Source of the DNA: a virus
Reading direction: 5' to 3' (one strand)
UHGV virus genome: UHGV-1378516
Length of the DNA: 64,000 nucleotides
Shown: positions 43,547 to 50,955 of the stretch, one piece after another
Numbering within the stretch: position 1 is the first letter of the stretch
How the letters are laid out: each line of letters opens with the position of its first letter
The notes under the pieces: model-generated
What the model was told of the DNA's origin: nothing
Databases searched by the model: none
What the model saw: only the letters and a program-made list of their open reading frames with translations
Program-made: the position numbers and the translations under genes

Positions 43547-43640
43547 TTTAGAATCTCCTAGTTTAAGGATTTTATTTAGTGGGGAAGGTCATTCCCTCCC
43601 CGTTGATGTGTAATTTAATCTATCTAAAAAACAGTGTCAA
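43547..43640 (-). promoter_or_regulatory. type-1 promoter/5' stem-loop cassette, copy 5
   Basis: Near-identical to copy 4; ATG 43546. Confidence 0.65.
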
Positions 43641-43969
43641 CAGTTTTGTTTTCGTTTGCTCAATTCTTGAACAATTACAGCGTAGTAGTCTTTTAAGTCA
43701 CTGATATTTAAAGCATTTATTAGTGAATTATAATCATCGATTAACTGAAAATCATCTTTGAAAATGTCGCTAATCTGATACGTTCTCGCTTTAAATCTGA
43801 AGCTCATTTCTAACCGCTTTATTTGCTCATCACTGAGACGCCCTAGAAAGCTTTCTACAAGGTTATTGCTAACCTGCTGTGTGATTGCCTTATTTGCTAG
43901 ATTATAGGCTTTATATGCCTTATATAGCGCGAAAATGGCAATGATTGCAGTGATACCAGTCATTAACAT
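43637..43969 (-). CDS. hypothetical membrane-anchored protein
   Basis: 110 aa; N-terminal hydrophobic segment. Confidence 0.5.
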   Translation of the reverse strand: MLMTGITAIIAIFALYKAYKAYNLANKAITQQVSNNLVESFLGRLSDEQIKRLEMSFRFKARTYQISDIFKDDFQLIDDYNSLINALNISDLKDYYAVIVQELSKRKQNC

Positions 43970-44259
43970 GGTGTTTCCTCTTTACGTGATACTTTGCCAT
44001 TTACAGTTATCTCATAGGATTCTAATAAATCGCTTTTAGACTTTACAGGGCTTTTAAAAGTATCATCATAGATATTGACTTGCAATACAGGTTTTTTATA
44101 TTCCCTGCAACTATTCCATAAGCAAATCACTACACGACGGCCTTTGATTTTTCCGTGCAACCATTCCATAACATCATGCCTATTCCTTGATGTTTCAATG
44201 AAATCAATTTTATTAAGTAACTTGCTTAGATTTTCACGGACTTTATTTGATAGTTTCAT
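43963..44259 (-). CDS. hypothetical protein (operator-cassette-driven)
   Basis: 98 aa. Confidence 0.5.
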   Translation of the reverse strand: MKLSNKVRENLSKLLNKIDFIETSRNRHDVMEWLHGKIKGRRVVICLWNSCREYKKPVLQVNIYDDTFKSPVKSKSDLLESYEITVNGKVSRKEETPC

Positions 44260-44348
44260 TTTAGAATCTCCAGTTTAGGATTTAGTTGTAAAGCTCTTTA
44301 TCTGGGGCTTAAGATATCAACTTTTAAACCCCCTGTAAAGTACTTTAT
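44260..44348 (-). promoter_or_regulatory. type-2 cassette with palindromic operators, copy 2
   Basis: GTAAAGTACTTTA palindrome plus TAAAGCTCTTTA element; ATG 44259. Confidence 0.6.
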
Positions 44349-44638
44349 TTGTTAATTTTCAGCTTTGCATAACCTCTCATTGTACGAATTGGAGATGTTA
44401 AGGCTACGCGTCTAATATATGCCTTTTTCGTGTATACATTTGTCTTCCCGATAGTGTTTACACATGTAAAAAGATTTATTGGTGAATTTTTTAACTTCAA
44501 CTGTTTATCAGCCTTCACACCCCATCTTACAGCAGATTGTTTTCCGTTGTCAACCACTTTCCCGCCTAACTTTTTCGCCATGATGCGAGCGTCATCGCGA
44601 GTTTTTGCAGTAATTACAACGTTTTTAATAATAGCCAT
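44345..44638 (-). CDS. hypothetical basic protein (operator-cassette-driven)
   Basis: Track ORF begins with TTG at 44653 inside cassette; trimmed to ATG at 44638 after SD GGAGAA. Confidence 0.5.
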   Translation of the reverse strand: MAIIKNVVITAKTRDDARIMAKKLGGKVVDNGKQSAVRWGVKADKQLKLKNSPINLFTCVNTIGKTNVYTKKAYIRRVALTSPIRTMRGYAKLKINK

Positions 44639-44728
44639 TTTTAAGTTCTCCAATTTAGGATTTAGTGGTAAAGCTCTTTATCTGGGGCTTACTTTATCGA
44701 ACTATAAGCCCCCTGTAAAGTACTTTAT
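44639..44728 (-). promoter_or_regulatory. type-2 cassette with palindromic operators, copy 3
   Basis: Same architecture; ATG 44638. Confidence 0.6.
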
Positions 44729-45105
44729 TTAATTTTGAAGATTGTTACATAACCATCACTCCCGATGATTTGTGATACTCCAGCCTTTTCTACTTGATAG
44801 CCCATATTTTCAAGATGATAAATAGCATCATCATAACCATATGCGCCACCCTGATAACGTCTCTTATCACATCTTATCAGGTTTTTTCCACGTCCAGCAA
44901 GTGCATGGAGAATGGTTTTTTCACTTGAAAGAGTGCCATCTAACATGGTTGCCGTGTAATGGTTGATTTTATTCCCGTTGATATCATACTTGAAATTGAA
45001 CGAGTGAACAACAATCACATTACCTTTGAAATTTTCATCAAGTGACTTCTCCAGTACGCTACGAAAGTTGTCTTTGTTGATGAATTTAGGCGCACGATAT
45101 TTCAT
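44725..45105 (-). CDS. hypothetical protein (first gene of cassette cluster)
   Basis: 126 aa. Confidence 0.55.
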   Translation of the reverse strand: MKYRAPKFINKDNFRSVLEKSLDENFKGNVIVVHSFNFKYDINGNKINHYTATMLDGTLSSEKTILHALAGRGKNLIRCDKRRYQGGAYGYDDAIYHLENMGYQVEKAGVSQIIGSDGYVTIFKIK

Positions 45106-45200
45106 TTTCTGAATCTCCTAGTTTAAGGACTTTATTTAGTGTGGAAGGTCATTCCCTCCCCGTTGATGCAAATACTAGATAACCACGTTCAAAGAGTCAA
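45106..45200 (-). promoter_or_regulatory. type-1 promoter/5' stem-loop cassette, copy 6
   Basis: TTGACT-17-TAGTAT; same stem-loop and SD; ATG 45105. Confidence 0.65.
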
Positions 45201-45319
45201 GAAAAATTTTAAAAATATTTTTGACAAAACTGTAATGAAACGGGCGCACACGACTACCACAAAACAGAACACAAATCAAGAATTATTTTTCAATCCGCTA
45301 CAAATTTTTCCCTTGACTT

Positions 45320-45352
45320 TTGGGGAGAGGGGGAGTAAGAGGGGGAGAGGGG
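45320..45352 (+). other. G-run tract with G-quadruplex potential
   Basis: GGGGAGAGGGGGAGTAAGAGGGGGAGAGGGG: four runs of four or more G in an AT-rich genome. Confidence 0.45.
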
Positions 45353-45379
45353 TTGGTCTGGCTCTCTATAAAAACCTAC

Positions 45380-45556
45380 CTGCACGATTCTAAAATGATT
45401 TTTCTTGCCCGACCTGAGCGGGGTCTGCACGTTTTGAAAATGAAAAATCTCTTTGGAGATTACCTGCACAGTTTGAAAATGAATTTCCTCTTTGGAGTTC
45501 AAAATTTCCTCTACAGATTTCTCTATAGAAATATACCTGCACAATTCTGAAATGAA
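45380..45556. repeat. four direct repeats of a 20-bp motif
   Basis: CTGCAC(G/A)NTT(C/T)T(A/G)AAAATGA at about 45380, 45425, 45464, 45537. Confidence 0.6.
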
Positions 45557-45628
45557 AAAGCCCTCCTTACCTGAAAAATTTACCAGATAAGAAAGGCTTA
45601 GTCTATTGTGAATATCCTACGAAGTTTC

Positions 45629-46414
45629 TTAGTTCTTTGCGTCTAAGAAGGTAACTTCTGGCGAAGAGAAAACTGTCTCAATATCCTCATCAGTTCTTGC
45701 ATAGATGTAAGTGTCTGCATCACTGCCAAATGTTACTGCAATCCTGTGATTGCTCTTCGACAGGTGGGTAACTAGAGCGTTACTTAGAGACATCTTTTCA
45801 ACCGGAGGGTTACTTTGATGTATCTTACCTTTTCTTCGTCTGAAGAGGGTAACTGCATTATCCGTGAACACAACTACACCTGCGAAGTATTCTGGTTCAC
45901 AGTAGTTCTTCCAACCTGAGCGTAACTTGTGGTACATCTCTCCTTCATAGACATATAGATAAACATCTACACTCTTCATTGCCTGATTGATGATAACTGT
46001 GACGGCTTGAGGGTCCAACCCACCGATACCTGCACCAATCATAGGTAAACCAACTTTCTTCAACTGATTAACTTCACAGTATCTGTTAAGCTGTTTCAAA
46101 GATGACTCTAAAGCACTGTATCGGGCATCTTTACCAGTCTTAAGCTGAGTGTAAAGGTTAGCTATACGGCCTTGTTTTACACGTGCTACAGAGAAATTAC
46201 CCAGTAAATTTTCACAGGGTTTGTGTCCTATACCACCTGCATATAGATAAACTTCTGTATCGGTCTCATATGCTTTTGGGTAAAGTTTAGAAATCTTGTC
46301 AGCGATACCTGCACCCATTAAATTCATACAGTTGCAACCGTGACCGATGATGTCAAACTTACCTTTATCAAATGCGGAAAAGATATCACCGTTGATAATT
46401 TTTACAATACCCAT
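45629..46414 (-). CDS. macro domain-containing protein (ADP-ribose binding/processing family) with C-terminal extension
   Basis: 261 aa; N-terminal ..IINGDIF..DIIGHGCNCMNLMGAGIA.. matches macro-domain core in register. Confidence 0.55.
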   Translation of the reverse strand: MGIVKIINGDIFSAFDKGKFDIIGHGCNCMNLMGAGIADKISKLYPKAYETDTEVYLYAGGIGHKPCENLLGNFSVARVKQGRIANLYTQLKTGKDARYSALESSLKQLNRYCEVNQLKKVGLPMIGAGIGGLDPQAVTVIINQAMKSVDVYLYVYEGEMYHKLRSGWKNYCEPEYFAGVVVFTDNAVTLFRRRKGKIHQSNPPVEKMSLSNALVTHLSKSNHRIAVTFGSDADTYIYARTDEDIETVFSSPEVTFLDAKN

Positions 46415-46415
46415 A

Positions 46416-46616
46416 CTAATAATGCTCCCAACGTTGCATGTCTTCGGATGGTTTTACACGGTTACCCTCATGGTCTACATAACCTGCACCACAACCTTCA
46501 CAGATAACTGGCATAGCTGAACCAGCTTCAAACTCTTCTTTGGTGAAGAGACCTTTCAAGTCCCCTGTATCAACACCAAAATGTTCTATTGCACACTTCT
46601 TGCAGAAATCAGCCAT
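46416..46616 (-). CDS. hypothetical Cys-rich (zinc-ribbon-like) small protein
   Basis: 66 aa; CxxC ... CxxC spacing (..CKKC....CEGC..). Confidence 0.45.
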   Translation of the reverse strand: MADFCKKCAIEHFGVDTGDLKGLFTKEEFEAGSAMPVICEGCGAGYVDHEGNRVKPSEDMQRWEHY

Positions 46617-46836
46617 GAATAATTACCTCTTGAATGATGATACCTTTACCACAACGGCTTTTAAAGTCTTCCAATGGTTGGGAGATGAAGCCACGCAAGC
46701 AATCACTAAATACTAAGTTTTTCCTGTAGGCTATCACATCGTTTGCTGTAAACGGGATGACTTCATTTCTTCCAATGAATACTGCTGACCGGATGAGTTT
46801 CCGTGTCTTTTTATCTCTGGCTAGAATTACTCTCAT
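46609..46836 (-). CDS. hypothetical protein
   Basis: 75 aa. Confidence 0.4.
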   Translation of the reverse strand: MRVILARDKKTRKLIRSAVFIGRNEVIPFTANDVIAYRKNLVFSDCLRGFISQPLEDFKSRCGKGIIIQEVIIHG

Positions 46837-47137
46837 AATTTACCTTCTCAGTTAGCTCATATAAATCAACATGCTCAATACTATCAATGTTGATATCAAT
46901 CTTTTTGAAGCGTTCTATCACTTCGTTGTCAGTCATCCATATCAGACACCAATGATTCTGAATGGATTCTTCAAGAAGGTCAACACAATCTTTAAAAGTT
47001 TTTGTATCACTTCTCGTTCCAACTACTGCGATTGTTCCATATAGCCACCCACCATTGCCATAAGATACTTGCGCTACGCCAACTTCTTTATCTTTCTCGT
47101 AGTAAACGGCTACAAAGTCTCTTCCATTAATCTGCAT
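46811..47137 (-). CDS. hypothetical protein
   Basis: 108 aa. Confidence 0.45.
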   Translation of the reverse strand: MQINGRDFVAVYYEKDKEVGVAQVSYGNGGWLYGTIAVVGTRSDTKTFKDCVDLLEESIQNHWCLIWMTDNEVIERFKKIDINIDSIEHVDLYELTEKVNYESNSSQR

Positions 47138-47139
47138 AG

Positions 47140-47409
47140 TTACTTCCTCGTTTTAAGAACTGCTAAGATTTCTTTAGAGTCTGGTAAGAACCATGTGTAG
47201 TGATTCTCTTTGATTTCTGGATGAGTGTCAACCTTTATTTTGCACTCTTTACCAACATGCTTAAGCTGTGCTGTGACACCCTGCATAAAGATATGACACA
47301 TCACATTATCCATAATGGTTGGTATAAAGTCAATTCGCATATAAGTTTCTTTTGGTCGCGGTAACAGTAAGTACCCTTCTACGTAAAAAGTATCTTCATT
47401 CTCTGTCAT
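47140..47409 (-). CDS. hypothetical protein
   Basis: 89 aa. Confidence 0.45.
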   Translation of the reverse strand: MTENEDTFYVEGYLLLPRPKETYMRIDFIPTIMDNVMCHIFMQGVTAQLKHVGKECKIKVDTHPEIKENHYTWFLPDSKEILAVLKTRK

Positions 47410-47675
47410 TGCTGTTTATTTCCTAATAAAATCATATCAATAAGGTTATTAGCTTTGATTGTGCACTGGTAAAATCCATCACGATAGAACTCAAGGGCTG
47501 CTGCCACATCACTACCAGTATTGCCTTTGATAGTGAATCTTGAATCTTCTTGAGTGTACTTATCACTCTCACTTACTTGGGAGTTTTTGAATGTACTGCT
47601 CACTTTGTTCGTTGAACACCCTGACATAATTATCAGTAACACAAACATTATAAAACTCTGGCTTAGTTTTTTCAT
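47406..47675 (-). CDS. lipoprotein, possible o-spanin
   Basis: 89 aa; signal peptide + lipobox ..IMSGC..; SD AAGAGG; start embedded in 3' end of upstream ORF in another frame. Confidence 0.4.
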   Translation of the reverse strand: MKKLSQSFIMFVLLIIMSGCSTNKVSSTFKNSQVSESDKYTQEDSRFTIKGNTGSDVAAALEFYRDGFYQCTIKANNLIDMILLGNKQQ

Positions 47676-47916
47676 ATGTTAGTACCTCTTTTGTGTGCTT
47701 ATTCTTAGCAAGCACATCTTTCAAATCATTTTTGTAATTGGTGCTCAGTGTAGCTAATCCTTCCTGATAAGCGTCTTTAGCTACACTTATCAGCTTCTCA
47801 TTGTTTAGCTCAGTTTCAGCAACTTGGTAGTCTCTGTAAGAGTATCCTCCCCAGACACCTGCCCCAACTAAGAAAACAATTATGAAAGTAGCTTGACAGA
47901 ACTCTTTAAATGTCAT
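47569..47916 (-). CDS. membrane-anchored protein, possible i-spanin
   Basis: 115 aa; N-terminal TM helix then charged region; overlaps lipoprotein gene by ~107 nt (Rz/Rz1-like arrangement). Confidence 0.35.
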   Translation of the reverse strand: MTFKEFCQATFIIVFLVGAGVWGGYSYRDYQVAETELNNEKLISVAKDAYQEGLATLSTNYKNDLKDVLAKNKHTKEVLTYEKTKPEFYNVCVTDNYVRVFNEQSEQYIQKLPSK

Positions 47917-47935
47917 TTAACAATCTCCTGAAATG

Positions 47936-47956
47936 AAAAAGGCTCCCGAAGGAGCC
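47936..47956 (-). terminator. rho-independent terminator
   Basis: Minus-sense GGCUCC-UUCG-GGAGCC + U5. Confidence 0.65.
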
Positions 47957-47968
47957 TGTATCTTAACC

Positions 47969-48433
47969 TTAACCGAGGACTTTAGCAAGGATATTTGCAG
48001 CCATCGAAGAAGCTTTTGCAGCAGCAACTACGCCAGCTTTGACAGTGCTATCCTTAATAGCAGATACCGTTGCAGCATCAGTAAAGAGATAAGTGATTGT
48101 TTTGGAACCACTTGTAAAGGAAAGCATAAGAGTAGTTTCCAGATTGAAAGAGCGATACGGAGCACCTTCTTTAACGATACCTTCAGCACCTAACTCTGAA
48201 GCCTTACCCATATCATAGATAGTCATCAGGTTTTCTTTGTGTGCAGTCGTTGAACCAACACCTTTTACGTGCTTCTTAACGTTCAACAATGCACGATATT
48301 CACGAATGCTGCCATCAGCTTTTACATTAACAGCACGGAAAATTTTACCTTCAAAGTTACCTTGAATCATTTTACGAACTACTTCAGATTTGTTTGCCGT
48401 ATCATCCAGTGCTACCGTAATGATATTGTTCAT
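47969..48433 (-). CDS. hypothetical protein
   Basis: Track ORF 47969..48448 begins with TTG; trimmed to ATG at 48433; followed by UUCG-loop terminator. Confidence 0.45.
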   Translation of the reverse strand: MNNIITVALDDTANKSEVVRKMIQGNFEGKIFRAVNVKADGSIREYRALLNVKKHVKGVGSTTAHKENLMTIYDMGKASELGAEGIVKEGAPYRSFNLETTLMLSFTSGSKTITYLFTDAATVSAIKDSTVKAGVVAAAKASSMAANILAKVLG

Positions 48434-48444
48434 AAGTTTTTCTC

Positions 48445-49140
48445 TCAATGTTTAACTAACATGGTTTTAATGTGTGGAAGGATTCTGTTTACCTTCTGAA
48501 CATTCTTCTCTGTATCTTCTATAAAGCATACTATATTAAAGTAAGGAAGAATGCAAGACTGAATCATCCTCACTTTCAAACTTTCTGCACTTATAGAGTT
48601 AGTTCCAAAACCACGCATAAAAAGCAAGTAATCATGCTCTATATTGTGCCTTAAAAACATCTCAGTAGGTATTCTCTGAGATTCACCTCTTGCTGTCAAG
48701 AGTCCAACTGCTGCATGATTTGCAATTGCATCAATAATGTTGAAAACATATGTTGGTTTTGCTCTTACAGAATCAAGAAGATTAGTGTACTGTGAGAATG
48801 ACCCATCAGTCAATTCCGTTGAGCAATCTTCGTGATTAAAATTTGTAAGAACACCATCAATATCTGCTAAGATGAGGTTACCTTTTTCTACAAGGTCTTT
48901 ATTGACTATCACTAAACTATCACGCCTTACACCTATAGCTTGTCCAGTCTCTTTGTCCACAACGTTCACAATGGGTTCTGATGTGTGGAACTCTTCAAGT
49001 GAACATACAACCTCTCTTGCAGTGTCTTCAAAATCTCTGCACTGTTCTGGAGTCCATACACAGGAATCAAGACCTAACTCATGAGGATGCAAGTCATAAG
49101 CGTGGCACAGGACTTCATCAGACTTTCTTAATTTTTTCAT
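48445..49140 (-). CDS. HAD-superfamily hydrolase (phosphatase-like)
   Basis: 231 aa; HAD motif I ..LILADIDGVLTNF.. Confidence 0.5.
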   Translation of the reverse strand: MKKLRKSDEVLCHAYDLHPHELGLDSCVWTPEQCRDFEDTAREVVCSLEEFHTSEPIVNVVDKETGQAIGVRRDSLVIVNKDLVEKGNLILADIDGVLTNFNHEDCSTELTDGSFSQYTNLLDSVRAKPTYVFNIIDAIANHAAVGLLTARGESQRIPTEMFLRHNIEHDYLLFMRGFGTNSISAESLKVRMIQSCILPYFNIVCFIEDTEKNVQKVNRILPHIKTMLVKH

Positions 49141-49666
49141 GATTTACCTTAGAAATGTTTGTTGCAAATTCACATTGAGCGATAACTTTCATATTGTTAT
49201 AGACATCTTGAGAGTATTTCTTAGCTTTAGGGATTTTGTACGAATACCCAGCATTATATGATGCTAAAACTTTTTGTAAAGTCTTCTTTGACTTTGGGTG
49301 ACCATGTACCTTCGTCCAAAACTCAAGCTCTTTATGTGTTTCTTTTGCGGCATAGTCAAAATCTTTTAAGAGTTTCTTTTTAGCAACATTAGGACTAATT
49401 TTGTTACGCTTTACAACAGTCTTCAAGTGATTCTGGAAGATACCGTAGTCATGGGTCTTTTTATTTTCTACCTTCAGACCTAACTCTGACTCTTGTAAGG
49501 CTATAGCTGCTAGAGTGATACCCCAACCTTTACCCATGTTATTCTCACCATACTGGTAAGCTTTTAACATGTTCACTTTTTGGCTAATTGATAGCTCTGG
49601 GCAGTCAACTGCATAAGATAAGTGTGCTGTAAACATTAAGCACAAACCTAGAATCAATTTCTTCAT
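49118..49666 (-). CDS. secreted lytic transglycosylase-like protein
   Basis: 182 aa; signal peptide; ..LQESELG..DYGIFQ.. resembles SLT catalytic-Glu region; SD AGGAGA. Confidence 0.4.
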   Translation of the reverse strand: MKKLILGLCLMFTAHLSYAVDCPELSISQKVNMLKAYQYGENNMGKGWGITLAAIALQESELGLKVENKKTHDYGIFQNHLKTVVKRNKISPNVAKKKLLKDFDYAAKETHKELEFWTKVHGHPKSKKTLQKVLASYNAGYSYKIPKAKKYSQDVYNNMKVIAQCEFATNISKVNHEKIKKV

Positions 49667-49727
49667 TGGTTCTCCTGTTTAGTTTATCGTGACAACAATT
49701 ATACAGCACTCTGCACAAAATACAAAT

Positions 49728-49749
49728 AAAAAAGGCCGCCGAAGCAGCC
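49728..49749 (-). terminator. rho-independent terminator after rIIB-like gene
   Basis: Minus-sense GGCUGC-UUCG-GCGGCC + U6. Confidence 0.65.
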
Positions 49750-49766
49750 TTTTAAGAAATTACTTA

Positions 49767-50876
49767 TTAGATTTCACGTTTACGTTGAGAGATAAGTTCA
49801 CCAGCAGTGCCAACGATGACATGCAAAGCTTCAGTCTTACCGTCCCATGCTTCCAGCACTTTACGTTGATTATCAACGATTGCTGCAACTTCATAACGAG
49901 AGGAACGCATCTTCATATCGTTGTAATCAGTTGGAACAGATACAACATCTCGTGGGTGGACACGAACTTTCAGGATTGTATCACCTGAGAAGCTGCGAAC
50001 ATAATCCCAAGCACCAACATGAAGACCTTGAGAGCAAGTCACGTTACGGTTATTATCAACCATCCAACGTGGCATCTCTACAATGTTACCCAAATCGTTA
50101 GGAACTTTGTAGGTGTGGGAGTCAACCAGCTTACCTTCACGAGTAGAGACTTTCTTCCAACCAATGATGTAGCCTTCTTCATCAATCTCAACATCGAGAT
50201 GAGATACGAATCCCCAAAGCTGTTCTACAGAGTCTTTTGATGGGTTTTCCATCAGTTTTTCGAAGAACATTACAAGTCGTTCAAAACCTTTATCACCAGT
50301 CTTCATCATGTGAAGAATACGGTCAACCAGAGTAGAACGCATCTCAACAGCACCGTAGAAGAGCTTGTCACCTTTGATTGTGATAGCACCCTGAGTGAAG
50401 TTTTCGATAGACTTACGAATGTTCATCAGTTCAAATGCTTTCTTGAACTCACCTTTCACAACATGAACTACAATCTCTTGATAGTTTGGATGAGTAGACT
50501 CAACAATTTCAGATTCTGAACCATAAGTCATAATTACAGAATCACCAGTAATCATGTACTCAATCTTGTCATCTTTCTGCATAGCTTCGTGCAGTTTATT
50601 TACTGGAGCTTTCTGTACAGTGTCTTTAACGACCTTTTCAACTGGTTTGCCAGCTTTCTTTTTAAAAGTCTTAGCAACTTGTTTCAAAGTCTTCGTAGCT
50701 GGTGTAGAAGTTACCTTTTTATTCCCTTTTAGGGTTGCTTCATGACGCTCTACAGCACGACCAACTGAACGGGTTGAAGTGTTAAATTTCTGTGCAATAG
50801 CTGTTTTGGTCAGCTTACCTTCTTTAACCAGTTTGTAAATTTCTGCGTCAATCTGTGCTTTAGTTTTAGTAGTCAT
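49767..50876 (-). CDS. rIIB: rIIB-like protein (by position after rIIA-like gene)
   Basis: 369 aa; no motif recognised; synteny only. Confidence 0.35.
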   Translation of the reverse strand: MTTKTKAQIDAEIYKLVKEGKLTKTAIAQKFNTSTRSVGRAVERHEATLKGNKKVTSTPATKTLKQVAKTFKKKAGKPVEKVVKDTVQKAPVNKLHEAMQKDDKIEYMITGDSVIMTYGSESEIVESTHPNYQEIVVHVVKGEFKKAFELMNIRKSIENFTQGAITIKGDKLFYGAVEMRSTLVDRILHMMKTGDKGFERLVMFFEKLMENPSKDSVEQLWGFVSHLDVEIDEEGYIIGWKKVSTREGKLVDSHTYKVPNDLGNIVEMPRWMVDNNRNVTCSQGLHVGAWDYVRSFSGDTILKVRVHPRDVVSVPTDYNDMKMRSSRYEVAAIVDNQRKVLEAWDGKTEALHVIVGTAGELISQRKREI

Positions 50877-50955
50877 CTTATTACTCTCTCTTGTTAGTTA
50901 ATCAATCAATTTGTGAGGCTATTTTAAGGGGCTTTGAAGCCCCTTGTCAAACACT

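Noticed and set aside
45139-45550. Three overlapping track ORFs (plus and minus) in the tandem-repeat/G-tract region
   Set aside because: Their reading frames are created by the 20-bp direct repeats and the G-run (Gly/Arg-rich translation, TTG start, no SD); treated as non-coding regulatory DNA.
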